Below are positions 1 to 14,112 of a stretch of DNA of 64,000 nucleotides, one piece after another. The translations under genes and the position numbers were made by a program. The notes beneath the pieces are model-generated. The model was not told the origin of the DNA and searched no databases. It was given only the letters and a program-made list of their open reading frames with translations. The stretch comes from Pristiophorus japonicus (Eukaryota). The DNA is taken from contig NC_091993.1 of assembly GCF_044704955.1 (NCBI RefSeq), positions 3,844,001-3,908,000 on the forward strand, written 5' to 3'. Position 1 is the stretch's first letter. Every line of letters starts with the position of its first letter.

Positions 1-1
1 T

Positions 2-669
2 TGTAATATTGACCAATTATGTAAAACTCGCTTATGTATGGAAAGCACGCTCATACACTTGCTTACATTGGGTTAAGAGGAGGGAAACAGCAAAGCTTGA
101 TGGTTAATGAACCATCCGTTATGTTAACTTTAATACAGACTTCCATTCTGAATACCACATCCACCAAGGGCAGTGGGGAACATAGATTGTAACAGCATCT
201 GAATCTCATGAGAAAATAGGACTTTATGACTGGAGTTTTCTTGGGAACAGGATAAGAAAGCAGGTATTTGGGAACATGATAGCAAACCCTGGGAAGCAAG
301 GTTACTTCACATGTTATGAGGAACTGAGGCAAAGTTGACACCACTGAATAACAGGAGATGGACAGGTGGGAAAGACCAATCAGAGCCATCTGATAAGGGT
401 CAACAAATCAATGTAACTTCGCTGATGGCAGTAGGCCAATCAGTGGTTTTGTAGGAGGGTCGCACACCTTAAAAAATGTATAACTGTAATTGCAAACTGT
501 TGTTCTGGGAAGTGTCCATCGGAACCCTTTCACTGTAGGCTTGAATAAAAACCGCTAAACCGAGGTTTCGTTTGAGTGATTCCGTGGTCGCCATATGGAC
601 AGGTGGGTGTCGATTCCTTATATCAGGAAGACCACCTTGAGGAAGAGAAGTCTTCCTTTTACCCCAACA
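2..669 (+). mobile_element. probable solo LTR
   Basis: Non-satellite block starting TGTAA and ending CAACA, with AATAAA at ~545. Satellite starts right after 669. The left flank is at the window edge, so no TSD can be checked. Confidence 0.55.
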
Positions 670-1687
670 CGGTATATCGCAACTGTCGGTATATCGGTAC
701 TGTAGTTATATCGCTATTGTCATTATAGCGATACTTTAGTTAAATCGGTACTGCCGTTATATCGGTAGTGTCGCTATATCGGTACCATCGTTATATCGGT
801 ACAGTCGTTCTATCGGTACTGTCGCTATATTGTTTCTGTCATTATATCTCTATTGTTATACCCTTACTGTTGTTATATCGGCACTGTCATTATGTCGGTA
901 CTGTCGTTATATCGGAACTATCGCTATATCCTTATTGTCGCTATATCTGTACTGTCGTTATGTCGGTACTGTCATTATATCGTAATTTGTCATTTTATCA
1001 GTCCCATCATTATATCAGTAGCATCATTATATCGATACTGTCGTTATATCGATACTGATGTTATATCGATGTTGTCGTTATAACAGTACTGTTGTTATGT
1101 CCTTAATGTCGTTATATCAGTACTGTCATTAGATTGGTACTGTCTTTGTATCGGTGTTGTCGTTATATCCTTACTATCATTATATCGGTACTGGCGCTAT
1201 ATCGATACTGTCACTATATCGGTAGTGACGTTATATCGGTACTGTCATTATATCCTTAATGTCATCATATCGGTACTGTCATTCAATCGGTATTGTTGCT
1301 ATATCGGTACTGTCGTTATGTCGATACTGTTGTTATAGCACTGTCGTTGTATCAGTACTGTCATTATGTTGGTACTGTCGTTATATCGGTACTGTCGTTT
1401 TATCGGTATTGTTGCTCTGTTGGTATTGTCCTTATGTCCGTACTGTCGTTATATCCTTAGTATCGTTTTATCAGTACTGTCGTTATATCGGCAGTCGTGA
1501 TGTCAGTACTGTCGTTATATGCTTACTGTCGTTATATCGGTACAGTCGTTATATCCTTACTGTAAATATGTCGGTACTGTAGTTATGTCGGCACGATAGT
1601 TACATCGGTACTGTCGTTGTATTGGTACTGTCATTATATTGGTACTGTCGTTATATCCTTACTGTTGTTATATCGATACTGTCATTA

Positions 1688-2200
1688 AGCCTGGTCTTGC
1701 TTAGGGCGGCGATGTCGATATCAAAACGTCTAAGTTCCTGGGCAATGATGGCAGTGCCGCGGTCCAGTCTGTCGCTGTTGGGGTTGTCCATGAGGGCCCT
1801 GACGTTCCAGTTTCCGAACGTCATTTTGAAGGGTGGAAAATGTGCATGAGTTCTTTAACGTGGGGAGGCCATTGCACACTGGCTACCACTTGGATTTAGC
1901 AGAGCAAGGTCTTGGTCCAGTGGCAAGGAGGTCTGAGATGACTGGCGACCAGGCTCTACTGTATGGGCCTAATTGCCTACGGTGGGGTGTGAGCCGCAAG
2001 CTCGGCACTGAGCAGCGCCTTCAGGAAAAGTGGTGGGAGACCTGAGGTGTGATGAGGGGAGGGGATGAGAGACACTGGGGCCCTGTTCCATTTTAGCTTC
2101 TCGAAGGGCCATGGGAGAAGTCCATGGCCACCGCCATTACTTGTGCCACATGGCCGACAGGTGCTCCAGGCTCACAGTGCCTCCATTGTCAGGGAGAAGC
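1688..2200 (-). mobile_element. RTE/BovB-like LINE 5' fragment (5' UTR and start of endonuclease)
   Basis: Minus strand reads MTFGNWNVRALMDNPNSDRLDRGTAIIAQELRRFDIDIAALSKTRL, an RTE-type APE endonuclease N-terminus. Homologous to 38200-38460. Confidence 0.8.
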
Positions 2201-3188
2201 TTATGTAGGTACTGTCATTATATCCTTATTGTAGTTATATCGGCACTGTCGTTATATCGGTACTGTACTTTTATCAGCAGTGTCGTTATATCAGTGTAAT
2301 CGCTATATCGGTACTGTCGTTATATCCTTAATTTCGGAATATAGGTACCGTCTTTATATCCTTACTGTCATTATGTCGGTACTGTAGTTATATCCATACT
2401 GTCGTTATATGGGTACTGTCACTATATCGGTACTGTCATTATATCGGTAACATTGTTATATCGTTATCATCGTTAAATTGGTACTGTCGCTATATTGGTA
2501 CTGTCGCTTTATCGGAACTGTCGCTATATCAGTACTGTCGCTATATCGGTACTGTCGCTATATCGGTACTGTCATTATAACATTAACATCGTCATATCAG
2601 TACAGAGGTTATATTGATATTGTCGTTATATCCTTACGGCTAGAACCTCCACTTTTTTTGCTTGCTTAATGCCCACTTAACGCCCATTTAACCACTGAAA
2701 TGATGCATAACACCCATATATCGCCCATTTTGGCACAAAATGGAAACTACGGGCCTTTTTCGGAAACTTATCGCTGAGCGGTACTTTCCCCATGTGCTTA
2801 ACGGTGAGAAAAAATATTACCGCGCGCCCACTTTTTTTGGGCAGAATCAGCAGAATGGGCGAATTCAACACCCATAATATCGCAAAGATTCAATATTAAT
2901 GCCCGCGACTGTTTTTTGTCGTAAAGAGCATATGTACCCAAACTAGCGACCATGGAGATCGCCCATCGCCAATTTCACCACCTCGCACACATTTCACTCA
3001 CAATATCGCTTGCTCAAAAAAACGGCCACAAAAAGTGGAACTAACCGGAGTGAATCACAATGTTATAGACGCCATGTTGTAGATCACATGCCGCTTCCTT
3101 TAAAAGGCTGGTGTGCTTTAACCTCGGCAGAGTTCGGATGTAATCTGCAGGTCATTGGAGTTGATGTGAACATCTCCACCAACATCTT

Positions 3189-5874
3189 AACGCAATAATA
3201 AGGAAGGACATTAGCTTGGATGATGTGGAATCTGTAGGGGTGGAGCTGCGGAATACTAAAGGGCAGAAAACGCCAGTGGGAGTTGTGTACAGACCACCAA
3301 ACAGTAGTAGTGAGGTTGGGGACAGCATAAAACAAGAAATTAGGGATGTGTGCAATAAAGGTACAGCAGTATCATGGGCGACTTTAATCTACATATAGAT
3401 TGGGTGAACCAAACTGGTAGCAATACAGTGGAGGAGGATTTCCTGGAGTGTATTAGGGATGGATTTCTAGACCAATATATTGAGGAACCAACTAGAGGGC
3501 TGGCCATCTTAGGCTGGGTGATGTGTAATGAGAAAGGACTAATTAGCAATCTTGTTGTGCAAGGCCCCTTGGGGAAGAATGACCATAATATGGTAGAATT
3601 CTTCATTAAGATGGAGAATGACACAGTTAATTCAGAGACTAAAGTCCTGAACTTAAAGAAAGGTAACTTTGATCGTAATAGAAGTGAATTGGCTAGAATA
3701 GACTGGCGAATGATACTTAAAGGGTTGACGGTGGATAGGCAATGGCAAACATTTAAAGATCACATGGATGAACTTCAACAATTGTCTGGAGTAAAAATAA
3801 AATGGGGAAGGTGGCTCAACCATGGCTAAAAAGGGAAATTAAGGATGGTGTTAAATCCAAGGAAGAGGTATATAAATTGGCCAGAAAAAGCAACAAACGT
3901 GAAGACTGGAAGAAATTTAGAATTTGGCAGAGGAGGACAAAGGGTTTAATGAGGAGGGGGAAAATAGAGTATGAGAGGATGCTTGCCGGGAACATAAAAA
4001 CTGACTGCAAAAGCTTCTATAGATATGTGAAGAGAAAAAGATTAGTGAGGACGAAAGTAGGTCCCTTGCAGTCAGATTCAGGTGAATTTATAATGGGGAA
4101 CAAAGAAATGCAGACAAGTTGAACAACTACTTTGGTTCTGTCTTCACAAAGGAAGACACAAATAACCTTCCAGAAGTACTAGGGGACCGAGGGTCTAGTG
4201 AAAAGGAGGAACTGAAGGATATCCTTATTAGGCAGGAAATTGTGTTAGGGACATTGATGGGATTGAAGGCCAATAAATCCCCGGTGCCTGATAGTCTGCA
4301 TCCCAGAGTACTTCGGGAAATGGCCCTAGAAATAGTGGATGCATTGGTGATCATTTTCCAACAGTCCATCAACTCTGGATCAGTTCCTGTAGACTGCAGG
4401 GTAGCTAATGTAACATCACTTTTTTAAAGATAAGGGAGAGAGAGAGAGAAAATAGGTAATTATAGACCAGCTAGCCTGACATCAGTAGTGGGGAAAATGT
4501 TGGAATCAATGAATAAAGATGAAATAACAGCGCATTTGGAAAGCAGTGACAGGATCGGTCCAAGTCAGCATGATTTATGAAAGGGAAATCATGCTTGACA
4601 AATCTTCTGGAAATTTTTGAGGATGTAACTAGTAGAATGAACAAGGGAGAACCAGTGGATGTGGTGCATTTGGACTTTCAAAAGGCTTGTGACAAGGTTC
4701 CGCACAAGAGATTGGTGTGCAACATTAAAGCACATGGTATTGGGGGTAATATACTGACGTGGATAGAGAACTGGTTGGCAGACAGGAAGCAGAGAGTCGG
4801 GATAAACGGGTCCTTTTCAGAATGGCAGGCAGTGACTAGTGGGGTGCTGCAGGGCTCAGTGCTGGGACCCCAGCTATTTACAATATACATTAATGATTTG
4901 GATGAAGGAATTGAGTGTAATATCTCCAAGTTTGCCGATGACACTAAACTGGGTGGCGGTGTGAGCTATGAGGAGGATGCTAAGAGGCTGCAGAGTGACT
5001 TGGACAGGTTAGGTGAATGGGCAAATGCATGGTCGATGCAGTATAATGTGGATAAATGTGAGGTTATCCACTTTGGGGGCAAAAACACGAAGACAGAATA
5101 TCTGAATGGTGACAGATTAGGAAAAGGGGAGGTGCAATGTGACCTGGGTGTCATGGTACATCAGTCACTGAAAGTGGGCATGCAGATACAGCAGGCGGTG
5201 GGGAAGACAAATGGTATGTTGGCCTTCATAGCGAGGGGATTTGAGTATAGGAGCAGTGAGGTCTTACTGCAGTTGTACAGGGCCTTGGTGAAGCCTCACT
5301 GGAATATTGTGTTCAGTTTTGGTCTCCTAGTCTGAGGAAAGAAGTTCTTGCTATTGAGGGAGTGTAGCGGACATTCGCCAGATTGATTCCCGGGATGGCT
5401 GGACTGACATTTGAGGAGAGAGCAGATCGACTGGGCCTTTATTCACTGGAGTTTAGAAGGATGAGAGGGGATCTCATAGAAACATATAAAAAAAAATTTT
5501 GACGGGACTGGACAGGTTAGAGGCAGGAAGAATGTTCCCGATGTTGGGGAAGTCCAGAACCAGGGAACCAGGGATCTAAGGATAAGGGGTAGGCCATTTA
5601 GGACTGAGATGAGGAGAAACTTCTTCACTCAGAGAGTTGTTAACCTGTGGAATTCCCTACCGCAGAGAGTTGTTGATGCCAGTTCATTGAATATATTCAA
5701 GAGGGAGTTAGATATGGCCTTTACGGCTAAAGGGATCAAGGGGTATGGAGAGAATGCAGGAAAGGGGTACTGAGGTGAATGATCAGCCATGATCTTATTG
5801 AATGGTGGTGCAGGCTCGAAGGGCTGAATGGCCTACTCCTGTACCTATTTTCGTTGTTTCTATGTTTCTATGTT
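3189..5874 (+). mobile_element. CR1 LINE, 5'-truncated (endonuclease + RT), nested in Harbinger
   Basis: ORF pieces with MGDFN, GPLGKNDH, QGSVLGP and FADD motifs; (TTTCTATG)n-type tail at ~5850-5874. Harbinger sequence resumes afterwards (cf. 47452-47475). Confidence 0.93.
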
Positions 5875-5967
5875 TGACCACACTGTGACCGATTGGAATT
5901 GAAGAGGTGTGCTCGTCGGGACATTCCTTGTTTGTGAGCAATCGGTGGAAAACAGAGAGCTACTGCA

Positions 5968-7160
5968 ATGGGGCCTGTCCTTTCTCACCCTCTCTTGGTC
6001 ATCAAATACATGCAGCAAACTCGTCATCGCCGAAGGAACACTGCACTGCATTATGTGTCCAACGTATGAAGTGACAGATAAATGAGGAGGACCAGACATT
6101 ACACCTCCCACAAGTACAAGGAGAAGCAGTCTTACCTCGACTTGCCCGACACCACATGCCTTCGGAGACTGCGCTTCCACAAGGAGGTTATCACTGAGGT
6201 ACGCCAGCTGATAAGGGCAGACCTTCAGCCTGCCAGCACCATCAGAAATGCACTGTCCGTCAAGGTCAAAGTCACCGCGGCACTGTCATTCTACACCTCG
6301 GGTTCTTTTCAGACCCTGGCGACATTTGCGGACTTTCTCAGCATGCCACACATCGCTGCATTAGACAGGTCACTGAAGCCCTGTACGCATGCAGGAGGGA
6401 TGTGATCTGCTTCCCTCTGACCAGGGAGGCACAGAGTGAGAGAGCTCTGGGTTTCTCCAGGATTGCAAACTTCCCCAAGGTCTGTATGCAGATCGCGATG
6501 CAGGCACCTTTTCAGGATGCTGAGGTTTTCAGGAACCACAAGGGATTCCACTCCCTGAATGTCCAGCTGGTTGTCGACCACCAGCAAATTATATTGGCAG
6601 TGAATGCTCAATTTCCGGGAAGCATCCATGATGCGCACATCCTGTGTGAGAGCACTGTATCTGACTTGTTTAACAATGAGCCACAAGGTCAATGCTGGAT
6701 GCTTGGGGACAAAGAACATGGCCTTGCCACCTGGCTGATGACACCCCTGCGTGACACCCACACCGAGGCCGAGAGGCGATACAACAAGAACCACAGAGCA
6801 ACTCGCAATATTGTGGAGAAAACCATTGGCATGCTGAAGCAGCGTTTCAGATTCCTGGACCAATCAGGAGGCGAGCTCCGATACCACCCTGAACAGGTAG
6901 CTCAATTTGTGGTGGTCTGCTCCATGCTACACAACTTGGCTATCAGTAGGGGACAAGAATTGCCTGATGAGTCTGACAGTCCACCTCACCGGAGATAGGA
7001 AGAGAAGGACGAGGAGGCGGACACTGACATCGGGCCAGACAATCAGGCTGATGCTGAAGTCATGCCGCTGCCCTCCTGTAGACCGCATGAAAGGGCCCAT
7101 GGTGCCATGATAGCTGCAAGAGCCTTACATCAGCAGCTCATCAATGATCGGTTTGCCTGA
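5968..7160 (+). pseudogene. Harbinger (HARBI1-like) DDE transposase, frameshifted
   Basis: ORFs 6082..6405 and 6402..6998 with NHKGFHSLNVQLV, FPGSIHDA, LGDK and VEKTIGMLKQRFR motifs; several disruptions. Confidence 0.88.
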
Positions 7161-8942
7161 AAGAGCATTGGTGTTATTAACAAGGCTGACACACACTGCT
7201 GGTTGTGCAGATCATACATCAATGGTGGGCATCACCTTGGTGACAGTTAAAGTTTACGTTGATTGAAGTTAAGTGTGATTCTACCCTTTGATAAGGAATC
7301 ACCAGCGTGTAATGGTGCAGCTATCTGAGCCAATGTGCTGCAAGGTTTTGTTAAATTAAAATATTTAAACTGAACATTAGTCTGATATCTGAGTATTTCT
7401 GTACAAACCAACCCTTGCCAGCCACCACCCCCTCCTCCCCACCCCACCCCCCCTCCCCAGCTTCTCCTTCCCACCTCTACCCCTTCCCCCTACACTCCTG
7501 ATTCCAAGCTGCCTGGCCGAGGAGGTCCACAGGCGATGCTTCATTCGCGGTGGGGGGGGAGGGGTGATGGCCGAAGTGCTGCTTGGACGGATACGGGAGA
7601 GGACGGTCCCGAGGTGGGAACGTGTTCCGAGCCAGAAGCAAGATGTTGCTGCTGGCTCTCGTGTGGTTGGCAATGGGGGTGCGTCACCTTGGGGTGCAGT
7701 GCCGTGCTCCGGGACCACTGGGAGCCCTCTGCCACCAGTGTTCCTGGCTACCAGCTCTAGGGCCTCCTCCATCCCTTCCATGTTATATCTTATTTGTTGG
7801 ACAAAATCTCAGTGCCAACTATGTGGACGTTTTGCTGCTGGTGAATCTCCATTGTTCCTCCCACAACAGCCAATCACTCACACACCACAGCCACACATGC
7901 TTTCAGTGCCTCTAAGCTCCCTCTCTGTCTTTTCTTCTGCACATGTCATGAAGACCCTTGACCTCCTGAGTCGCGGGAATCGAGCTTTGCCATGCCGTTG
8001 CTAAGAACGGCCACACTTTATGGCAGAAGATCAGAAACATTTACCGCTACCGCCCATTTGATATCGCTCGCGGTAACACTCATTTTCAAAAATGCAAACT
8101 CGGTGTTTTGAGAATGGGCGAAAAGCCGACGATCTGAAAACCCTTTTTTAACGCTCACACCAGAAATAACGCCCATTTTTGGGCGATAAGCTCAAAATTG
8201 GAGGTTCTATCCTTAATGTCATTATATCATTACCGTCGCTATATCGGTACTGTCGCTATATGGGTACTGTTATTATATCTCTATTGTTATATCCTTACTG
8301 ATGTTATATCGATGCTGTCGCTATATCTGTACTGTCGTTATGTCTTGTATTATCATTAGATCGGTACTGTCGTTCTATCGGTACTGTCGTTATATCCTTA
8401 CTCTCGTTATATCAGTACTGTCGTTATATCCTTACTCTCGTTATATCAGTACTGTCGTTATGTCGGCACTGTAGTGATATCAGTGCTGTCACTATATCAG
8501 TACTGTCGCTATATCCTCACTGTTGATATATCAGTACTGTAATTATTTCGGGACTGCCATTGTATCGGGTCTATAATTTTATCGGCTGTGTCGTTAGATT
8601 GGTATAGTCGTTATATCCTTACTGTCCTTTTATCGGTACTGTCGTTATATTGGTACTTTAGTTAAATTGGTACTTTACTTAAATTGGTACTGCCGTTATA
8701 TCAGTACTGTCACTGTATCGGTACTGTCATTATATCGGAATTGTCGCAATATCCTTATTGTCGCTATATCTGTACTGTCGTTACGTCGATAATGTCATTA
8801 TATCCTTACTGTCATTATATCGGTACCATCGTTATATCAGTATTGTCGTTATATCGATACTGTCGTTTCATCGATACTGTTGTTATGTCGGTGCTGTCAT
8901 TATATCAGTACTGTTGCGACATCGGTATTGTCGCTATATCTT

Positions 8943-9685
8943 TGATTCAACACCGCTTCCAGTGGGCCAGTGCAGCCTTCGGCCGCCTGAGGAAAAGAGT
9001 GTTTGAAGACCAGACCCTCAAAGCTGCCACCAAGCTCATGGTTTACAGGGCTGTAGTTATACATGCCCTCCTGTATGGCTCGAGACATGGACCATGTACA
9101 GCAGACACCTCAAGTCGCTGGAGAGATACCACAAACGATGTCTCCACAAGATCCTATAAATCCCCTGGGAGGACGTACACAACAACATCAGCGTCCTCGG
9201 CAAGGCCAACATTCCCAGCATCGAAGCACTGACCACACTTGATCAGCTCCTCTGGGCAGGTCACATTGTTTGCATGCCTGATACAAGACTCCCAAAGCAA
9301 GCATTCCACTCTGAACTCCTTCACGACAAACGAGCCAAAGGTGGGCAGAGGAAACGTTACAAAAACACCCTCAAAGCCTCCGTGATAAAGTGCAACAATC
9401 CCACCGACACCAGGGAGTACCTGGCCAGAGACCACCCTATGTGGAGGAAGTGCGTCCGGGAGGGCGCTGAGCACCTCGAGTCTCATCGCTGAGAGCATGC
9501 AGAAAACAGGCGCAGGCAGCGGAAAGAGCATGCGGCAAACCAGTCCCACCCACCCTTTCCCTCAATGACTGTCTGTCCCATCTGTGACCGAGTCTATGGT
9601 TCTCGTATTGAACTGTTCAGCCACCTAAGAGCTCATGTTAAGAGTAGAAGCAAGCCTTCCTCGATTCCGAGGGACTGCCTATGAC
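8943..9685 (+). mobile_element. RTE/BovB-like LINE 3' fragment
   Basis: ASAAFGRLRKRVF..TKLMVYRAVV and MPDTRLPKQ motifs, a C-terminal Cys/His remnant, and the 3' end GAGGGACTGCCTATGA. Confidence 0.9.
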
Positions 9686-10054
9686 TGTCGTTATATTGGT
9701 ACTGTCTTTATATCCTTAATGTCGTTACATTGGTACTATCATCAGAGCGGTACAGTAGTTATTTCGGGACTGCAATTTTATCCGCAGTGTCGTTATATAA
9801 GTACTGTCGTTATATCGGTACTTTAGTTAAATCGGTACTGTCGTTATATCCCTACTGTCATTGTATCCTTACTGTCGATATTTACTTACAGTCGTTATAT
9901 CTGTACTGTATTATATCTGTACTGTCGTTATATCGGTACTGTCTTTATATCGGTACTGTATTTATATCGGTACTGTCATTATATCGGGAATGTTGCTATG
10001 TCAGTTCTGTCGTTATATCGGTACTGCCGTTATCTGCTTCCTGTTGTTTTTTGG

Positions 10055-12722
10055 CAGTACGGAATTCGTCCCCTATGGGGCACAATAGACATGATTGTTG
10101 CAGCGACAGCTGCAGGAAAAATGCTGGGAACAGCACCAGCCCTTATACATGGCCTTCTTCGACCTTACAAAGGCCTTTGACACTGTCAACCGCGAGGGTC
10201 TGTGGAGCATCCTCCTTTATTTCAGATGCCCCCAAAAGTTCATCACCATCCTCCGCCAGCTCCATGAAGACATGCAGGCCATGATTCTTACCAGCAGATC
10301 CATTACAGACCCCATCCACATCCCGACCGGGGTCAAACAAGGCTGCGTCATCGTCCCAACCCTCTTCTCAATCTTCCTCACTGCCATGCTCCACCTCACA
10401 GTTAACACGCTCCCTGCTGGAGTGGAACTAAACTACAGAACCAGTGGGAACTTGTTCAACCTTCGCCGTCTCCTGGCCAGGTCCATAGAAACATAGAAAA
10501 TAGGTGCAGGAGTAGGCCATTCGGCCCTTCGAGCCTGCACCACCATTCAATATGATCATGACTAATCATGCAACTTCAGTACCCCACTCCTGCCTTCTCC
10601 CCATACTCCCTGATCCCTTTAGCCGTAAGGGCCACATCTAACTCCTTTTTGAATATATCCAACGAACTGGCCTCAACAACTTTCTGTGGTAGAGAATTCC
10701 ATAGGTTCACAATTCTCTGGGTGAAAAAGTTTCTCCTCATCTCGGTCCTAGATGGCTTACCACTTATCCTTCGACTGTAACCCGTGGTTCTGGACTTCCC
10801 CAACATCGGGAACATTCTTCCTGCATCTAAGCTGTCCAGTCCTGTCAGAATTTTATATGTTTCTATGAGATCCCCTCTCATTCTTCTAAATTCCAGTGAA
10901 TATAAGCCTAGTCGATCCAGTCTTTCTTCATATGTCAGTCCTGCCATCCCGGGAATCAGTCTGGTGATGTTTTGCTGCACTCTCTCAATAGCAAGAATGT
11001 CCTTTCTCAGACTAAGAGACCAAAACTGCACACAATACTCAAGGTGTGGTCTCACCAAGGTCATGTACAGCTGCAGTAACACCTCCCTGCTCCTATACTC
11101 AAATCCTCTCGCTATGAAGGCCAACATGCCATTTGCTTTCTTTACTGCCTGCTGTACCTGCATGCCAACCTTCAATGACTGATGTACCATGACACCCAGG
11201 TCCCGTTGCACCTCCCCTTTTACTAATCTGTCACCATTCAGATAATATTCTGCCTTCTGGTTTTTGCCACCAAGGTGGATAACCTCACACTTATCCACAT
11301 TATACTGCATCTGCCATGTATTTGCCCAGTCACTTAACCTGTCCAAGTCACCCTGCAGCCTCTTGGTATCCTCCTCACAGCTCACACTGCCACCCAGTTT
11401 AGTGTCATCTGCAAACTTGGAGATATTACATTCAATTCTTTCGTCTAAATCATTAATATATATTGTAAATAGCTGGGGTCCCAGCACTGAACCTTGTAGT
11501 ACCCCACTAGTCACTGCCTGCCATTCTGAAAACGACCCGTTTATTCCCACTCTTTGCTTCCTGTCTGCCAACCAGTTCTCTATCCATGTCAATACATTAC
11601 CCCCAATCCCATGTGCATTAATTTTACACACTAATCTCTTGTGTGGGACCTTGTCAAAAGCCTTTTGAATGTCCAAAAACATCACATCCACTGGTTCTGC
11701 CTTGTCCACTCTACTAGTTACATCTTGAAAAAATTCTAGATTTGTCAAGCATGATTTCCCTTTCATAAATCCATGCTGACTTGGACCGATCCTGTCACTG
11801 CTTTCCAAATACGCTGCTATTACATCCTTAATAATTGATTCTAGCATTTTCCCCACTGCCGATGTCAGGCTAACCAGTCTATAATCCATGTTTTCTCTCT
11901 CCCTCCTTTTTAAAAAAAATGGGGTTACATTAGCTACCGTCCAATCCAAAGGAACTGTTACAGAGCCAATGAAACGTTGGAAAATGACCACCAATGCATC
12001 TACTATTTCTAGGGCCACTTCCTTAAGTACTCTGGGATGCAGACTATCAGGCCTTGGGGAATTATCGGCCTTCAATCCCATCAATTTCCCAAACACCATT
12101 TCCTGACTAATAAGGATTTCCCTTAGTTCCCTCAGCTCCTCCTTTTCGCTAGATCCTCGGTCCCCTACTTTTTCAGGAGGTTATTCGTGTCTTCCTTAGT
12201 GAAGACAGAACCAAAGTATTTGTTCAATTGGTCTGCCACTTCCTTGTTCCTCAATATGAATTCACCTGCTTCTGACTGCAAGGGATCTACATTAGTCTTC
12301 ACTAATCTTTTTCTTTTCTCATATCTATAGAAGTTTTTGCAGTCAGTTTTTATGTTCCCTGCAAGCTTACTCTCATACTCTATTTTCCCCCTCCTAATTA
12401 AACCCTTAGTCCCCCTCTGCTGAATTTTAAATTTCTCCTAGTCCTCAGGTCCAAGACCACCCCAACCTCTGTCATCGAGCTACAGTACACGGACAATGCC
12501 TGCGTCTGCGCATATACAGAGGCTGAACTCCAGGACATAGTCAATGTATTTACTGAGGCATACGAAAGCATGAACAGCGGAAAGAGAGTGCAGCAAACCT
12601 GTCCCACCCACCCTTTCCCTCAACGACTATCTGTCCCTGTGACGGGGACTGTGGTTCTCGTATTGGACTGTTCAGCCACCGAAGGATACATTTTTAAGAG
12701 TGGAAGTCTTCCTCGATTCCGA
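10055..12722 (+). mobile_element. RTE/BovB-like LINE RT fragment split by a CR1 insertion (RTE parts ~10055-10485 and 12446-12722)
   Basis: FFDLTKAFDTVNREGLW..GVKQGC RT motifs. RTE sequence resumes after the CR1, with CAGGTCCA on both sides. Confidence 0.85.
10486..12445 (-). mobile_element. CR1 LINE, 5'-truncated, 507-aa RT ORF (10576..12099)
   Basis: CR1 RT (QGSVLGP, FADD) and tail at ~10486-10500. CAGGTCCA at 10478-10485 and 12446-12453 is a TSD/microhomology. Confidence 0.95.
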
Positions 12723-12756
12723 AGGAGTGTTGTTTTATCAGTACTGTCGTTATCAT

Positions 12757-13340
12757 AACATAGGCGGTCCCTTGAACAAGAATGACTTGATTCCACGTGT
12801 TCACAGTTATTTCAATGAAGGACCCGATGTTCCAGTCCTGAACTCCAATTGGAAGATGCCTATGCGTGAATTTTTTTAACGTCTGGTGACCGTTGCACAC
12901 CAGCCACCACACGGGCTTGACAGAGCTAGGTCTTGGCCCAGTGGCAAGGATTAAGCAAGATGACTGGAGACCTGCTCTGCTGCACGGACCTAGTGCGCAC
13001 ACATATCGCAGTGTGGGCTGGCCCGTGCTGTCCCTGGACCCTCGGTTCTTCTGGGCCCTGTACTCTCATCTGTCACACTTCCACCACCATCTCTCACCAC
13101 TCCTCCGCCATAAACATTCACCGCATCTCGCCACAAATACTCGCCACTCATCCGCCCCGACTTGTACCTGGGCCCCGCAGATGTTCCTGCCCACACTCCA
13201 AAATGGCAACCAGGGTTTTGATGACGTCACCCAGTCGCCCATCAAAAAAACGTCTCACACTTGGGGCAGCCCGCGCTGGAGGTTGAAGTGTTACGCCACT
13301 CCAGTTCTTTTATAGCCCAACCTGCGGAGCTGTTCTCTTA
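12757..13340 (-). mobile_element. short non-autonomous RTE derivative (RTE 5'UTR + 3' tail, SINE-like)
   Basis: Reverse-complement homologue of 13375-14112; carries the RTE 3' end (CATAGGCGGTCCC on +). Confidence 0.75.
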
Positions 13341-13374
13341 GTTATATCGGTACTGTCGTTACATGCTTACATAT

Positions 13375-14112
13375 AACAGCTCCGCTGGTCGCGAGCTGCT
13401 CCAAGTTTACGACGATTTTGAGATGGGCGACTGGATGACATCATCAAAACCCTGGTCGCCATTTTGGAGCGTGGGCAGGAACATCGGCAGAGCCCAGGTA
13501 CAGAGGAGTGGGAAGGTCGGGGCGGATGAGCAGCAAGTATTTATGGTGAGATGCGGTGTATGTTTATGTCGGAAGAGCGGCGAGAGATCGTGGCTGTGAT
13601 ATAGTCACAGAGCACAGCACACACAGCTTCCAACATGGCAGGCAGCTCTCTCAGAAGCCTCCAGAAATCTGCCTGGTTCTGTTTATTATTAACCCTGCAC
13701 TTGCAGTACACAATACGACCACATCCACAGTGTGGAGCTACAAACATTACAAGCTTACAGACATTACAGTGGCAGAGGTGCAACAGATGAGAGTACGGGA
13801 CCCAGAAGAGCCAAGGGCCGAGGGGCAGCACGGGCCCAGCCCACACTGCGATATGTGTGCACACTAGGTCCGTGCAGCAGAGCAGGTTTCCAGTCATCTC
13901 GGTTAATCCTCGTCACTGGACCAAGACCTAGCTCTGTCAAGCCGTGTGGTGGCTGGTGTGCAACAGTCACCACACGTTAAAAAAATTCATGCACAGGCAT
14001 CTTCCACCCTCTCAATTGGAGTTCAGGACTGGAACATCAGGTCCTTCATCAAAACACCCGTGAACTCATGAAAGCAAGTCATCCTCGTTCGAGGGACTGC
14101 CTACGATGATGA
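13375..14112 (+). mobile_element. short non-autonomous RTE derivative with nested solo LTR
   Basis: RTE 5'UTR motif (GTGTGCAAC..CACCACACGTTAAAAAAATTCA..GCATCTTCCAC) joined to the RTE 3' end GAGGGACTGCCTACGATGATGAT; no ORF. Confidence 0.78.
13595..13768 (-). mobile_element. 174-bp solo LTR
   Basis: TG...CA termini, perfect 5-bp TSD GTGGC (13590-13594 and 13769-13773), AATAAA on the minus strand. Confidence 0.75.

Larger units (their letters stand above)
2637..8212 (+). mobile_element. PIF/Harbinger DNA transposon family 1, copy 1 (degenerate, contains a CR1 insertion)
   Basis: Imperfect TIRs GGCTAGAACCTCCACTTTT / AAAATTGGAGGTTCTATCC, TTA on both flanks, internal Harbinger transposase remnants. 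Colinear with the copy at 46874. Confidence 0.9.

Noticed and set aside
10784-11668. Recurrent antisense ORFs over CR1 RT (also 26336-27749, 42096-42800, 51032-52393)
   Set aside because: Shadow frames opposite the RT; they recur only because the element is repeated.
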